64,000 nt of DNA from Phyllobates terribilis (Eukaryota). The stretch spans positions 57,722,001 through 57,786,000 of the forward strand of contig NW_027362768.1 in NCBI RefSeq assembly GCF_046119375.1, read 5' to 3'. The notes beneath the pieces are model-generated. The model was not told the origin of the DNA. It saw only the letters and a list, made by a program, of their open reading frames with translations, and made no database searches. This document shows, in pieces, positions 49,712-63,570 of the stretch. Made by a program: the position numbers and the translations under genes. Each line of letters begins with the position of its first letter. Position 1 is the stretch's first letter.

Positions 49712-50929
49712 GTAAGCTGGGCAAGGTTAAACCCTACCTGTCTAAATGATAAGACCTATCCGGTCATTATTCCATGAATATCTGTTGTGCAAAATCCCCT
49801 TTAACAAATCACAGCTAATTAATTATATGTACTGTAGTTTTTCCCTCCCCTTCTTCCAAGAGCCATAACTTTTCGATTTTTCCGTCACACAGCTGTATGA
49901 GGGCTTGCTTTTTGCGGGTCGAGTTACAGTTTCGATTGACACCATTCATTTTGTCATAAAATTTACTTAAAAAAAAATGGAAAAAATTCCAATGAGTGAA
50001 ATGGCGGAAAAAATGCGATTCTTCCATTGTTTTTTGGATTTTGTTTTTATGGCGTACATTGGATGCTAAAAACAACCTGGTAGCATGAATTCTCTAGGTC
50101 AGTACAATTATGGCAATTTCAGACTTGCATAATTTTTTTATTATGTAAATTGTGGGGAAAAAAAATCTGAAGTTTTTGAAAAAAAATAAAAAATTTGGGT
50201 AGAAACAAAATTATGATCACTTTTTATTTCATTGTTTTAGGGAGGTGTTATTAGTGAAAAAGCACAATTCTGACATTTTGGTTTCTTTTATCTTTACAGT
50301 GTCTATAATACCAGTTAAATAATTTTATATTTTGATAAACCAGACTTCTGTGGACTCGTCAATATCAAATATGTAGTCCTCCATATTCAAGAGCTCAGTA
50401 AAACCCCGCCACCACTGATTGGCAACTTTCTGCCTATGCACAGTGTACACAGAAAGCTGTCAATCAGTGGTGGTGGGGTTATACAGAGCTCAGTATTCAG
50501 AGGACTGGTAGATCTGCAGCAGAAAACAACAGGGATTTTATCAAAACTGCAGCAAGCAGCCCAGTAGGTGACACATTACTGGAATCAGGGGCTCTTGCCC
50601 CTACATCACTCTGCTCTAATATTAGGGTAACACAAACCTATTGACAGATTCCCTTCAAAGAGGTTGTCCAGGGTTAGAAAAACACTGCTGCTTTGTTTGA
50701 TATAACTCAAACTCTGCCCATGGTACCGCAGCTCAGCTCTGTTCCCGTCAGTCCGGTTGAGTTGCAATTTGAGTCTTGGGTGGCACTTTTTCTGATAGAA
50801 ATCCGCTATCTTTTTCTACTTGTGCACATCCCGTGTAAATAGTACATGACCTGTAACTTTATCTTACCATCATAGCTGGAAAAGCTTGGTATACAGATCA
50901 CAATCCATCACCCTTATTTCTCTTTGTAG

Positions 50930-51036
50930 CTCATCTTTGCTGTGGATAAGACTTGTAGGAAGAACAGATTGTGGAGTCTCAATGAGAACGATGTCACTGA
51001 CAGAGTAGCGGTACATGTCTGTTCAGCATCAAGAAA
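50930..51036 (+). CDS. ODR4: ODR4 coding exon 4 (107 nt)
   Basis: LIFAVDKTCRKNRLWSLNENDVTDRVAVHVCSASR; TTTGTAG acceptor, GTAGGT donor, phase 2. Confidence 0.92.
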
Positions 51037-51869
51037 GTAGGTTATTGTACGTTCTTAATATTTCTTATGATTTGTCTGGAACCATTTTACTATAGTGAGC
51101 ACAGTGTCACGGAAGGAAGCTGCTAATAAATGCACTAGACCCCGCCACCACTCCAGCTTGTGAAAAACCAGACACCAGACCATGTCACATCAGCATTTTG
51201 ATGCCAAGGGGAAAAAGGATTGGACAGGCTGATTTTTACTTTGCACAGTTATATAGCTTACATCTGAAAATAAGTTTCTGGCTGCTGTCTTACCTGGCTG
51301 AAACTATAGAAATGACATTCAATAGTTGTGGTGGAATTTGGGGAGTAGTAGTAAAGCAGTTGTCCAGGCCTGGGACAGAAGTCTGCAGTTACTCAACACG
51401 ACTGCAGGATGGTGACCACTTGCCATGGGCATGGTCTCATGGTTCTCCGGTATTCCCCATATGAGCGGGCGGTAACGTGACCTGATGTATGCAATGTGAT
51501 TCTATTGAGATAAGCCTGACGTGTCTAGTCAGCACGTGACTGCAAGTAATACATGCAGTCATGTGACCGCCTGCTCGCACCGGGAGTGTTGTACTTTATC
51601 CTAAAAGGGTTTTCTGGTACCATAATATTCATGACCTATCCTATATAGTGACCGCAGCTGGGTACTTCACAAATGAACAACTATGCAGTTAACTGAGCTA
51701 TGCTGTTTTGCTCCGCAACTAAGCAAATTCGGGTGGCATAGAGAAAAGCTGATCAGCGGTGATGCCGGGTGTCCCATCCCCACCGATCTCATATTGATGA
51801 CCTATCATTAGATAGGCCATCAATATAAAAGTACCCGACAACCTCGTTAACCTTAATCAAATGTGTATA

Positions 51870-52410
51870 CAGTGGTATGTAAAAGTTTGGGCATCCCTAG
51901 TCAAAATCACTGTTATTGTGAACAGGTAAGTAAGTTGAAGATGAAATGATCTCTAAAAGGCCGAAAGTTCAAGATGACACATTTCCTTTGTATTTTAGAC
52001 AAAAATTAGAAAAAGAAAAATGGGTTGATGCAAAAGTTTGGACACCCTTGGAGATTTGATCAGATAACTTTGACCAAGATTTCAGACCTTAAGTAGTCTG
52101 TTAGGGTTATGGCTTGTTCACTGTCATTATTAGGAAAGGTCAGGTGATGCAAATTTCCCAGCTTTATAAAAACCCAACCTCCTCTAACCTTTGTGCCAAA
52201 AACCAGCAGCCATGGGTTCTTCTAAGTAGCTGCCTATCGCTCTGAAAATGATGGAGGCCCACAAAGCAGGAGGAGGCTATAAGAAGATAGCAAAGCATTT
52301 TCAAGTTGCCCTTTCCTCCGTTCAAAATGTAATCAAGTTAACAGGAACAGTGGAGGTCAAGACAAGGTATGGAAGACAAAGCAAAATTTCAGTGAGAGCT
52401 GCTCGTATGT
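51870..52410 (+). mobile_element. Tc1 left-arm fragment with transposase N-terminal HTH
   Basis: TACAGTGGTATGTAAAAGTTTGGGCA start; EAHKAGGGYKKIAKHFQVALSSVQNVIK. Confidence 0.8.
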
Positions 52411-52899
52411 TTTGCTTTAGTACTCTGTACATACAGGTGCGTGATCTCCCCTTTTTGAGCTGTTCATCTTGTCTATATAGCTTTCCACGGACAGGAGCAA
52501 AACAATCCGGTCTGGGTCCTGCTCTGCTCCCGTCTGTTGAGGCATGCTGGCACATAGAGATGTGAAATACTAGGGTCAGGACCATTCTGATTGGGTACAT
52601 CATGTCTTGGTGGGATGGCTTTTACCCTTTTTGATCAAAATAGTGTCCACTAAGCATCCTGTTATGTACATGTACTATGACTATATACTTACTGCAGGGT
52701 ATTAAATAAACACATTTTTTTCTCAATTCCTCCTCCCTAAGGAGCTGCACCTCAACATTGCTCATAAAGCTTTGATGTCATTTGAAACTAAGATTCTGGG
52801 CTTTAATCGCCAGCCCTTGTGTTGGCAGTGAAAGCTTTAAACTGATAGCATGTATGTGATAATCCAATTACATTTTATCTTACTTCTTTTATCTTTAAG

Positions 52900-52936
52900 G
52901 AATACTTGCAGAACCTTTGATGTCTCAGATCCAAAG
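52900..52936 (+). CDS. ODR4: ODR4 coding exon 5 (37 nt)
   Basis: (K)NTCRTFDVSDPK restores phase 0; TTTAAG acceptor, GTAAGG donor. Confidence 0.9.
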
Positions 52937-53382
52937 GTAAGGTAACTAGCAAATTATTTATGAAATTCCGCATATTAAATTTGGAAAAACTTTTTTTTTT
53001 TGTATTATATCTTTGGAGAGTACAGTACATCCATGACGAGCAGCAGTTTTTAGTTCTATGCTGAATGTATTTAACTGGCTTATCGTTTTTCAAAATATAT
53101 ATTAATTCTGTTAAACTAGTCCTACCTGTATGCCTCATATTAATGGTCTTAGAAGAGGGGAGTGGGGTGGCATTATAATGAAGAGAGGAGGCAGGGATTT
53201 CTTCCAGGCACAGTACACCCTGGAGCCTGGAAGAAATCATTAGCATAATGAAATGAAATACGATTTCACAACAAGACCATTAATATGAGGCATACAGGTA
53301 GGACTGGTTTAACATTTCTATCACCTGTATGCCCATATTAATAGGTTATATACATCCCAGGGGGTGACAGATTCCCTTTAAC

Positions 53383-56291
53383 CCCTTTCTGACTTTGTGC
53401 ATAATAATATGTCCCTGTGTCCAGGGCCTTATGGACCAAGTACGTGTTATTACGACACGGCGATTGCGCCCTCACATAGGCTGTGCTGGCTCAATCGCCG
53501 CCGGGTGTCGGCTAATTCTGACAACTAACACCCGGCACTCAGTGCCAGGAGCGGTGCCCACTTTAACCCCCTAAATCATTGAGCGAGCGGAGGGACAAAA
53601 GCCGCTCTGCTCTTGGATCGGAGACCCTGCGCCATCAGCGCCAACAACGTCATCTTGTCCCCCAAAAATCAAGCCGCCATACAGCTCCATCAGCCGAAAA
53701 GTAAAAAAGTTATAGCTCTCAGAATAAAGCAATGCAAAAATAATGGCTACGAGAAAGAGATTTTACGGTGAGTACACAAAAATCTCCTTTTTTTCTATAA
53801 AAGTTTTTGTGTAAAAGCGCCAAATCTGAAAAAACAATATAAATGTGGTATCACTGTAAACGTATTGACCAGAAGAATAAAGCTGTGTTACCAATCTTTT
53901 GCGCAGAGCGGCATAAAAGGAAAAAAAAATCCTGAATTGTTGGTTTTTGTTTATTTTACCTCCCAAAAATCGGAATAGAAAGCGATCAAAAAATGGCACG
54001 TGCCTGAAAATAGTACCAATAAAAACGTAAACTTGTTCCACAAAAAACAAGCCATCACATGACTGTCGGCCGAAATATGGAAAAATTATAGCTTTCAAAG
54101 TATGGCGAAGCAAAAACTAGTCTTTGCAAAAAAAAATGATGTTTAGTTTGTAACAGCTGCCAATCATAAAAACCCGCTATAAATCTGGTATCGCTGTAAT
54201 CGCACGGACCCGAAGAATAAAGTTGTCTAGTCACTTATACCGCATGAGGAACGGCGTAAAAAATAAATAAAAACAATTCTTCACCTGCTGCTGGTTTGTT
54301 CATTCTGCCTTCCAAAGATCGCAGTGTGGCTCGGCTCACATTTATCCTGCACTCTGCGCTGAGCGCTTAAACCAAGGTTTCCGTGTAAATCTCTGAAATA
54401 CGTGATTCAAATAGAACCCCCAGCGGAACATTTCCTGTAATGAGGCAGATGGAGGCACCATGGATGCCGTCTGGCCTGTGATCCCACGGTGTCCGTCTTT
54501 TTATTAGGCGTGCATAAAAGTGCTGTCGGCCACAGTTTTGTGGACCTCTGAAAAAAAGGACAACACTGAACAGGGGCCAGACGGAGTCCAGAGTAAGGCC
54601 GGTTTCACGCTTCCTGATATTTCCAGTACCGGAAAAACCAGTACCAGAAATGTCCATGTGCCGCCCGTGTGCTGCATCAGGAGAACACATTTCGGCGCCT
54701 GGGAATCCCAAGCGCTGGTTGCTGATCGCTGCCCTCATCATTGCCCCCTGCCAGCGCTGTGATCAGCGCGAGCAAGGGACAATGTTGAGAGTAGTATTCT
54801 TCTTCCGCTGTATCCCGGTGTAAAAATATGAATAAAATAAAAAAATCCTTATACTCACCTGTCCGAAGATGTCCCCCGCTCTTACCCATCTGACCGCTCA
54901 CGCCGAGGAGCGGGCCCCTGAGCTGCACTCAGCGAGCAGTGTCCTGTCACTCACTGAGCTCCGCACAGCTCCGGGGCTCAATGTTATAAACTTCTGTGAA
55001 GCAACTGGGGGTTCAAGGTGCTCACCACATATCTACTGTTTCCGCTGTTTAGACACATCAGGGGCACCCCAAACGTGACATGGCGTGCGCTAATTATTCA
55101 AGCAAATTTTTCATTCAAAAAGTCAAATTGCACTCCTTCCCTTCCGAGCCCTGCCGTGTGCCCAAACAGTGGTTTACTTCCACATATGGGGTATCGTCTT
55201 ACTCAGGAGAAATTGCACAACAAATGGTATAGTGCAATTTCTCCTGTTACCCTGATGAAAATGCAAATTTTGGGGCTGAAAAACATTTTTGTGAGAAAAA
55301 TGTGAAAATGTTATTTTAATGCTCAATGTTATAAACTTCTGTAAAACACCTGGAGATTCAAGGTGCTCACCACACATCTAGATAAGTTCCCTGAGGGGTC
55401 TAGTTTCCAAAATGGGGTCAATTGTGGTGGGTTTCCACTGTTTAGGCACATCAGGGGCTCCCCAAATGCAACATGGCGTGCGCTAATTATTCAAGCAAAT
55501 TTTACATTCAAAAAGTCAAATGGCGCTCCTTCTCTTCCGAGCCCTGCCATGCACCCAAACAGTGGTTTTCCCCCACATATGGGGCATCTGTGTGCTCAGG
55601 AGAAATTGGACAACTAATTTTGGTGTCCATTTTTTCCTGTTACCCTTGTCTAAATAAAAAAATTGGGTCTAAAGTAACATTTTTGTGAAAAAAGTTAAAT
55701 GTTCATTGTTTTCTTCCGCATTCCAAAAATTCCTGTGAAGCACCTGAATGGTTGAATGTGGTTTTGAGCACCTTGAGGGGTGCAGTTCTTAGAATGGTGT
55801 CACTTTTGGGTATTTTCTGTCATATAAACCCCTCAAAGTCACTTTAAATGTGTGTCCCAAAAAAATGGGTCTGTAAATTTTGTTGGAAAAATTAGAAATC
55901 ACTGGGCAACTTTTAACCCTTATAACTTCCCAACACACACACAAAAAAAAAATGTGGTTCCAAAATTGTGCTGATGTAAAGTAGATGTGTGGGAAATGTT
56001 ATTTATTAAGTATTTTGTGTGACATATCTCTCTGATTTAAGGGCATAAAAATTCAAAGTTTGAAAATTGCAAAATTTTCTACATTTTTGCCAAATTTCCA
56101 ATTTTTTCACAAATATCAAGTTATATAAAATACATTTTACCACTATCTTGAAGTACAATATGTCACGAAAAAACAATCTCAGAATCAGTGGGATCTGTTG
56201 AAGCGTTCCAGAGTAATTACCTCATAAAGTGACACTGGTCAGAATTGTAAAAATTAGCCTGGTCATTAGCGCACGAACAACCTTCGGGGGG
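53383..56291. mobile_element. piggyBac-like non-autonomous element (family of 10206-20230, opposite orientation) with nested MITEs and ~350-bp internal tandem duplication
   Basis: TTAA|CCCCTTTCTGAC start; 55560-56291 is the reverse complement of 10206-11310; right end truncated by a few bases. Confidence 0.8.
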
Positions 56292-56883
56292 TTTGTCATA
56301 GAAAATATTAAGACTTTCTCCCTCTGGAATCCCTCTCACTCTTCCTCCTCCCCTTTCTACCCTCTGTCCAAGTAGAAGAACTCACAATCTAAGGAGCTGT
56401 TGCTATACAAAAAATAGTACAGGCCAGAGTTGGCAAACTCATTACCATACGAATGTTGCCCTTAGTAGAACAGGCCTGTTTTACTGATTTACAACACTCC
56501 GTACAATAGCAGGGTCATCCTCATTTGCAAACTCCTTTTGATCACCGGTCTCGTGGGCACCAACACAAAATATGAAATAGATAGATAATTAGCGTTCACT
56601 CGGTCAATATAGGGAGGTGCAGATGGACTGGGCCTGTGGTGCCCAGACAATGCAGAAATTAATTCATTGCACACTCAAAAAAAATTTTCATTGCAGTGTA
56701 CATTTATTTACAGGCAAAAACGAAAACAGACCATAGAGGTGAAGGCGACAGTAGACGTTTCAGCCACTATATAGGCCTTATTCATTAGGTCGCTATTGTG
56801 TTTAGATATGAGCATATGCCAGGGATTATATGCCAAGGTGGGGAGGAAACCCAGTAGGAAAGCTTAAATATGGTTCTGTTGCC

Positions 56884-57832
56884 TGTCAGCCTGAGAGGAC
56901 CTGCGATTGAAGGGAGATGGTGCTCCAGCGCCTGAGACAGGGCAAAGTTCCATGTGCCAGTGTGAAGGATTGAGGAGTGGCGTTCCCACGCCTTGCTGTT
57001 ACCAGGTGGAAATATGGAATATCGGAAGTTCTATAATTCCGATAATGATGGGACCCACATTTTTAGCAGAGGGTCTAGCTAAGGAACCATATGTACATTT
57101 TTCCTGATCTGTGAGCCCTTCTGGGGAGCTATAATGCAAAAGTACAAAAATAACAGACAGCAGCCATGTCATGTATGGTCTCTACAGAAAGGTAAATTCG
57201 CAATAAAAAATATGGCGCCACTGGCTAACTTCTGCGATCAGCCAGCGAGAAGTTATCGCAGAAGTTAGAGATTTTAATAAAAACATGAAGATGGATCTAT
57301 ACTCATGCCGGGAGGTATATATTCTATAAGCAGAGGTTCCGTTGGATAATGGTCCATTGGAGCACCTCCCCTCCAGCTAAACTGAATCGTCTCTATCTGT
57401 CTAGTAAGTTTCTTTTGTTAATCCCTTTTTATTTTGTGTAACTGTATATTCTTTATTGTATTGTTCCCCTTTGTAAAATCTTTGTGTATTTTTCATAAAC
57501 ACTGCCTCCCTTTTGGATTAAATCTAAAATGTAATAGTCCTGTTTCTTGTGCTCTGTAATCGTTCCTCCCCTGAAGCCATACGCTACCAGAAAGCAGGCG
57601 CCCGATCAGGCCTGTATTATATTTTAAAACTGATCGGTGGTAGCAGCGAATAATCTTAATTGGGCTATCGTGAAGCTGGCAGTGATCGTACAGGGGCGTA
57701 TACACCTAGTCCATGCATTGGAATTCAGAGCTGTGTGCGCCATACGCTCACTGCTCGCTTGCCGATAGCTACGTAGTGAGTAATGGGGATCGTGTGCGCG
57801 AATCCCTGACAAATTAACGGCAGCGGTGGGAT
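56884..57832 (+). mobile_element. LTR followed by tRNA-Leu primer-binding site, then truncated
   Basis: TGTCAG...CCCTGACA (57811), AATAAA-like signal ~57497. GGCAGCGGTGGGAT (57819-32) is complementary to the 3' end of tRNA-Leu(AAG/UAG). No TSD; left boundary uncertain. Confidence 0.7.
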
Positions 57833-58546
57833 ATTGTATGATCCTGCCGGTGTCATCCTGACAGGGTTAATCTCTCTCTGTCCTCTGTGCATCCAGATTC
57901 ACATATTAGAATGAGCAGTCCTTTTCTTATCTGTTAAAACTACATTTTCCAACTGTGCTTGCTTTTACTCAGTGCTGCAGACCTTTCGCTCCCTCTCCTG
58001 TGTACACCTGACTAGCTCCACCTCTCCGAGATGTCATCAAGCTCATCTTAGTGTCACCTTATGCCTCTGTGCACTCTCTGCTGTCATACAGTACTTTGAC
58101 CAATTTTATTTTCTGCCATCTACATCAGTATATCCGTTGTGTGCCTTTACATCATTAGCTGATTATAGCAGTGCTGTAAGACCGCATTGTGATTATGGGA
58201 ATACCTCTTTAATGATGAACTTCTCTGGTATTGATCCTTCTGAACAACATGCAGACAGAAAATGCTTGTGTATGTAAGAGCTGCATTAAACTGCTCTGTG
58301 TGATGCCAGCCTTAGGTCTCCTTGGGTTGATTTCATGGGCCACAGCCGGTTTCAGTCCCGCTTGTGTATGGAGCTCAAAGCTCTGTCTGATTCCTGATGT
58401 TTGACCATGACCGTAAACATTGTATTGTCCCTATCACAAATGACTGTATGGAGGAGAGGAGAACTGGGAAAATATCAGTCTGATAAAGGATTGCTAACAC
58501 AGGAAATAATTACTCTGTATTTCGTCTTATTCTTGTTTGATTTCAG

Positions 58547-58684
58547 AGCACAGCAAAACCTGCTGATTGGAAATGCCAAAATGCCCCTTCATCTTGGCTT
58601 ACAATAGACTGTAATGTTCGTGTAGACCTGACCATACCATTGTCTTCATCTGCAACTTATCAAGAAAAACAGAGATGTACAAGA
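58547..58684 (+). CDS. ODR4: ODR4 coding exon 6 (138 nt)
   Basis: STAKPADWKCQNAPSSWLTIDCNVRVDLTIPLSSSATYQEKQRCTR contains the PADWK motif; TTTCAG/GTGAGT flanks. Confidence 0.93.
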
Positions 58685-58769
58685 GTGAGTGTTTTATCCT
58701 TTTATGCAGACTATTTGGAATAATAACTTAGGTGGTTGTCTGTCTAAAACATGCAATATACTTTTATAG

Positions 58770-58865
58770 CAAGGATTGGCACAATGGGCAAAAGAACTAG
58801 AAAATGCTATCGTATTTTTCAATGGACAAGTGAAAGACACGGACGGTGACCTGATTGAAGAGCAG
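58770..58865 (+). CDS. ODR4: ODR4 coding exon 7 (96 nt)
   Basis: QGLAQWAKELENAIVFFNGQVKDTDGDLIEEQ versus human NGLTRWAKEIENGVYLINGQVKDEDCDLLEGQ; TATAG/GTAAGA flanks. Confidence 0.93.
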
Positions 58866-59294
58866 GTAAGACATTGCAATGAGGAAAGTTCATTTATATG
58901 TAGGTATTGTGGTGTTTTCTGTAATCCAGACCAGTCATGTAATTAGCAATTTACTTATGAGTTTGCACAGCCCCATGATTTATTTATTTTACCAAGAGCT
59001 TGATTGGTATAAAAAAAACATGAGTAATATTCTTTTCCACGTCCCACTATTTCTAGAGTTCCTTGCTGGTTTCGTTACACCAGCCTCCAATGATGAAAAG
59101 AAAATTTGTCACTGCTGTACTAAGTATGACTACAGCCAGCCAACGTCCATAATGAAACCTCATTGTTGGAGGCCAAAAAATTGAAAAAGGTGCAAAGCCA
59201 CCCAGGTACACACCAATCCTATGTATAGCCACAAAAAGATTGGAGGCAGCACACAAACAAATGATGAAAAATTATCTTTTAATGGCCCATGTGG

Positions 59295-59340
59295 CTGTAG
59301 CAACGTTTCGGTCCAAAATTGTGGACCTTTCTCAAGCTTG
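59295..59340 (-). ncRNA. Hammerhead-like variant motif (PLE-associated)
   Basis: Minus strand AGC-TTGAGAAA-GGTCC-ACAATTTT-GGACC-GAAACGT-T-GCT, followed by GCCATTAAAAG like the 10.6-kb copy. The core is non-canonical. Confidence 0.5.
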
Positions 59341-62284
59341 AGAACATGAAATTAAAGTTAATAATATTACTTTCATTACAAAATCTTCAGCTTTAGGGCT
59401 CGTGCAGACCACTGTATTTTCAGTTTGATCCTACAAAACCTCGGATCGCACTTGGACCAATGTTATTCTCTGGGGTCGTGCACATGTCCAATCATGCTCG
59501 ACTTGCATCCAATATTTGGATCGCATGTGCAAATAAATGGGTCTGTGAAAAAAATGGACCACACTCTGAATCCCGGGGTGGTCCGATTTTCATGGACTGA
59601 TTGAATAGAGAATTTTTTTTTCCATTTTCTCCATATCCGAGAAAATCAGATCACACTTTGATCAAACTCTTATCAAAGTTTGATCAGAGTATGATTAACA
59701 TAATCAGCCTGATTCTCTTGGATGAGAGAAAATACAGTTGTGTGACCCTAGTTTTTCTCATATTAGTTGTTACAAAAATGAATACACCCCACATCAAAAA
59801 CTATTAAATCTAGTATTTTGTATGACCTCTGTGATTTTTCAGGACATCACCAAGTCTTCTAGCCATGGAATGAACATTGGCGACATATTGCAACATTTAT
59901 TTTTTTCCATTCTTTAAGAACGACCTCTATTAGAGCCTGGATGCTGGATGGAGACTGATGCCCAACTTGTCTCTTCAGAATTGCTCATACCTGTTCGATT
60001 GGGTGCAAATCTGGAGACCTACTTGGCAATTGAATCACTGTCACATCTGCCAAGGGCACAGAGTGATGGTAGTATCTTCTATTTCAATATAGAGCAGTCT
60101 GTGAATTATGATACCATTAATGAAATATAGCTTCCTGACACCAGCAACACTCATGCAGCCTCACATGCGGACACTGCCACCACCATGTTTCACTGTAGGC
60201 ACCATGCATTTTTCTAAATTCACTTTTTTTTTTATCTTCATCTTTCGTAGCTCCCCTCAGCTGATTTATTACCACCTATACTTCTCAACTGGTGCATATT
60301 AATGTTAGATAACGCAGAATGATTCACACCTAAGGATACTAGCGAGGTTAAATCGCCACCAATATAAATTCATAGACGAACATAGCGATCAAACACCCAA
60401 AATATATTTCTCAATAAAAAAGACAAATTTTATTATATCCATGTAAAATGCAAAATGCAATACAAATGATTGACAGAAATGGTGCAGATACATGCACTAT
60501 AAAAAATTCATCGTAATATAGGACCAACGGGGTCCGTTCTGTAAAAACCACAATGGCTCAGTGGCCATGTGCACTAACATTGAGTGACCCACACAGCAGT
60601 ATTAAGGTCCAGATAAATGTACATGTATGGAGGTTAAGGTGTCCAGGAAATTAGTCCTAGTCTATAGTGGTAGGTGCATTAAATAATCGCCAGGTAGTTA
60701 TGCATTCAACTAACCACAAGAAATAAAGGACCATAGAGTGTGGGAGCTCACAGAAGGGCCACGCGTCCACCCCAACGCGCCGAAACATGCACATGGGAGC
60801 GATTCAAACATATCACCAAGCAGCTGTAAATACTTGGAGCTCGGCCCGAGCATACTCGGCGAAAGGGTTAACAGAACATACTCGCTCATCACTATTAGCC
60901 AGTCCTCATAGAAGGGTAGGACACTGCGCGGCAAGTGCGCGTGCCTGGGCTTTCATGAATGGAGACTGACCTCACACATACAGCAAGGTCATCCGTTTAC
61001 ATATATAGGCATTGCATTAAAATAATCTCTGGAGGCAGACTCTTGGGAAGATCTCTGTCCCGCCCTGAGATCTTAACACCTCATTTATATATAAGAATTT
61101 GGATTTCTCTGGAATAAGTCAGCACATGGCAGATATCAAGGTATCGTCTTACTCAGCTTAGTAGGGATGATCATTCTGACAGGTTTCTTTTAAATATAAA
61201 GTCTGATAACCCATGCCAAATACTTCTCAGAATTTAGACTTTGCTACAGATGAAAATTTACAAAGCAGGAAAGACCTTTTTGTGATATATACCATATCCA
61301 AGAATATGCCATAAATGTATAGTAGATGTGAGTGTCTCCAATGAGACCTGCATCTGTCTCTAATATGGGGCCCGTTACGTGCTGCTGTCAGTGAAGAGGT
61401 GGTTGCAATTGCCATAAAAATGAATAGGCGTTTCCACCACCTGCTGACAATGTCAGAGTGCCATTCTCAAGAAAGGTGCCGGTCTCTTTGGTTGGACCCA
61501 CATCTACTGTACATTTCTGGCCTAGCCTCTGGATATGCCATACATGTGCAAGATGAGAATACTGGGTTTAGCTCAGAGAACACAGTTTAGCCTGAATACA
61601 AATTGTACAATTATACATTTGTGTAGTATACTCTCTTTGTTTCAACTTATCCTTTTAAAGAATTTTTCCAGGATAAACTTTTTTGTAAGATAATAATAAT
61701 AATAAACGTTTTATTTAGTAAAATTACTCACCCTCCCCAGGTTCAGTGCCGGCTCACAGCTGCTCTGGTCTTTATTCACAGACTGCAGCGACCTGGGGAG
61801 GGTGAGTAACAGCTGTGTTTTCTCATATTATACCTACATACAAATTTTCTCAAATAAAAGCTTTATTCTGGAATGTTATGTCCCTTTGTCTGCTTGCTTA
61901 GTGGAGGAGAACACTCTTGCTTCCATTCATATAAGACATGCTTCCTTTATCGTGCTCTCCCTGACAGTAATGAGTGTGGGGAGAGACACAGAGTCAGTAG
62001 ATGCCCAGCTACACAACACTGAGAAGACGTAACTCCAAATAGTCCCTGTTATTTCAATAAACTTATTCTCATCTGATGTAAATACTATTACTGGCAAAAC
62101 TGCAAAGCCGAAAAATTACTCAATAGTGCCGGCAACTAGTTACCTCTCTTCTGTCTAACCTGCTGGCCACTGCCTCTTGTGTAATCTGTCTCCAGTAGCA
62201 GAGGCTCCAGAACAGATTACCGGAAATTGGGACGGGTCTCTGTCTCCTTCGTTCTCCCATCTGGAAAACTGTGTAAAGGCTTAA

Positions 62285-62640
62285 AGGGGTATTCCCATCT
62301 TCAAGATTCTGTCCCAATATGTAGTAGATGTAATAATAATATTAGCAAATACCTCCAGTTAGAAATGTAGTATAGTTCCCCTGATAACCTATGTCTTTTA
62401 CCTCACTTGCAGGCCATTTCTGTAGCTTAGGTATCCATGTTATGACCACTAACTAATAACTGTCACAATATGAGTGGTCATAACCATGGATACCAAACTA
62501 CTATAATGGCCTTAACATGGGGTAAGCAACAGGTTATCAGGAGAACTATACTACATTTCTAATTGGAGGTATTTGCTAATATTATTATTATTACACGTAT
62601 TACATATTAGGATAGGATCTTGGAGATGGGAATACACCAT
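62285..62640. mobile_element. Kolobok/T2-like foldback MITE with >100-bp TIRs
   Basis: TTAA|AGGGGTATTCCCATCT...; AATAATATTAGCAAATACCTCCA..AGAAATGTAGTATAG mirrored at 62540-62640. Confidence 0.82.
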
Positions 62641-63504
62641 ACGCTGGATAATGGTCATTCCTGTAGTGCTGGCTAAATACCATTGACGAGAAATTCATCC
62701 TCTCAAAAGGCCTGGGTGGCAAGTTACAGAGCGTAAGAATTGGGACTAAAAGCCGTTTTAACTTGGGATGTGGGCAGCAAGGCCATGATTCTATTTGTTG
62801 TTTAGGCGAAATGACAACACCTTAACAGATTGACTTACAACTGAAACATGCTCTGATTTGACATATAATTCTTTATTTTTAATAAACTTTGTAAATAGGT
62901 TATAGGTATGGTCAAATTGGGTGGATTTTACTAGTGTGAAATCATTACGCTTAACATCATTGTGGATGACATCTAACCAAATGTCATCCATGTACTGTCA
63001 GTAAACGTCAACACCAAAATTGACATGCGGTGCTCATTTTAAAGCTACAGCGTGTCAATATGTGCTGTGAATTTTCACCATCAATTAACCCGATTTCAAC
63101 AAGTGGGGTAAAATTTGTGGTGGTAATACCATAGGAAAAAGCACTACAGAATTCTAATATAATTCACATTTACTTTGCAAATGACATCTCATGTGGACGT
63201 CCCTAATTTGTTCTCACGTTGTCTTACCATCTTTATCTACCTTTTGTATTTTTGCTCTGAGATGGCAGTTTCCTGAGTGTTCATACGCCACTAAATAAGT
63301 ATTAGATGACAGTTGCCTATATCAAGTTTTTCTGTTATACTGGGTCCGTAGTTTTTCAATGAACGTTATTTGTATGTTGTTAAGGTCCAAGAAATTCTAC
63401 TTTGTGGCGTGCTCGCTTTCCTTTCATAAAATGATTCAAATAAGATGTAAAAATAGATAAAGGAAGGAATTTAATCTAATCTATGTTACTTTTTTTTTGT
63501 ATAG

Positions 63505-63570
63505 AAAAAATCCAGGTTTGTTGCACAGTCCAGTCCTCAGAGCATGTCTGCAAACATTGTTGTAACATCA
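63505..63570 (+). CDS. ODR4: ODR4 coding exon 8 (66 nt); gene continues beyond window
   Basis: KKSRFVAQSSPQSMSANIVVTS; strong polypyrimidine TATAG acceptor and GTAAGT donor; KKS start as in human. Confidence 0.8.

Noticed and set aside
60740-60900. CCAACGCG..CCGAAAC resembling a hammerhead end
   Set aside because: No CUGAUGA core or stem II; appears truncated by a small MITE.
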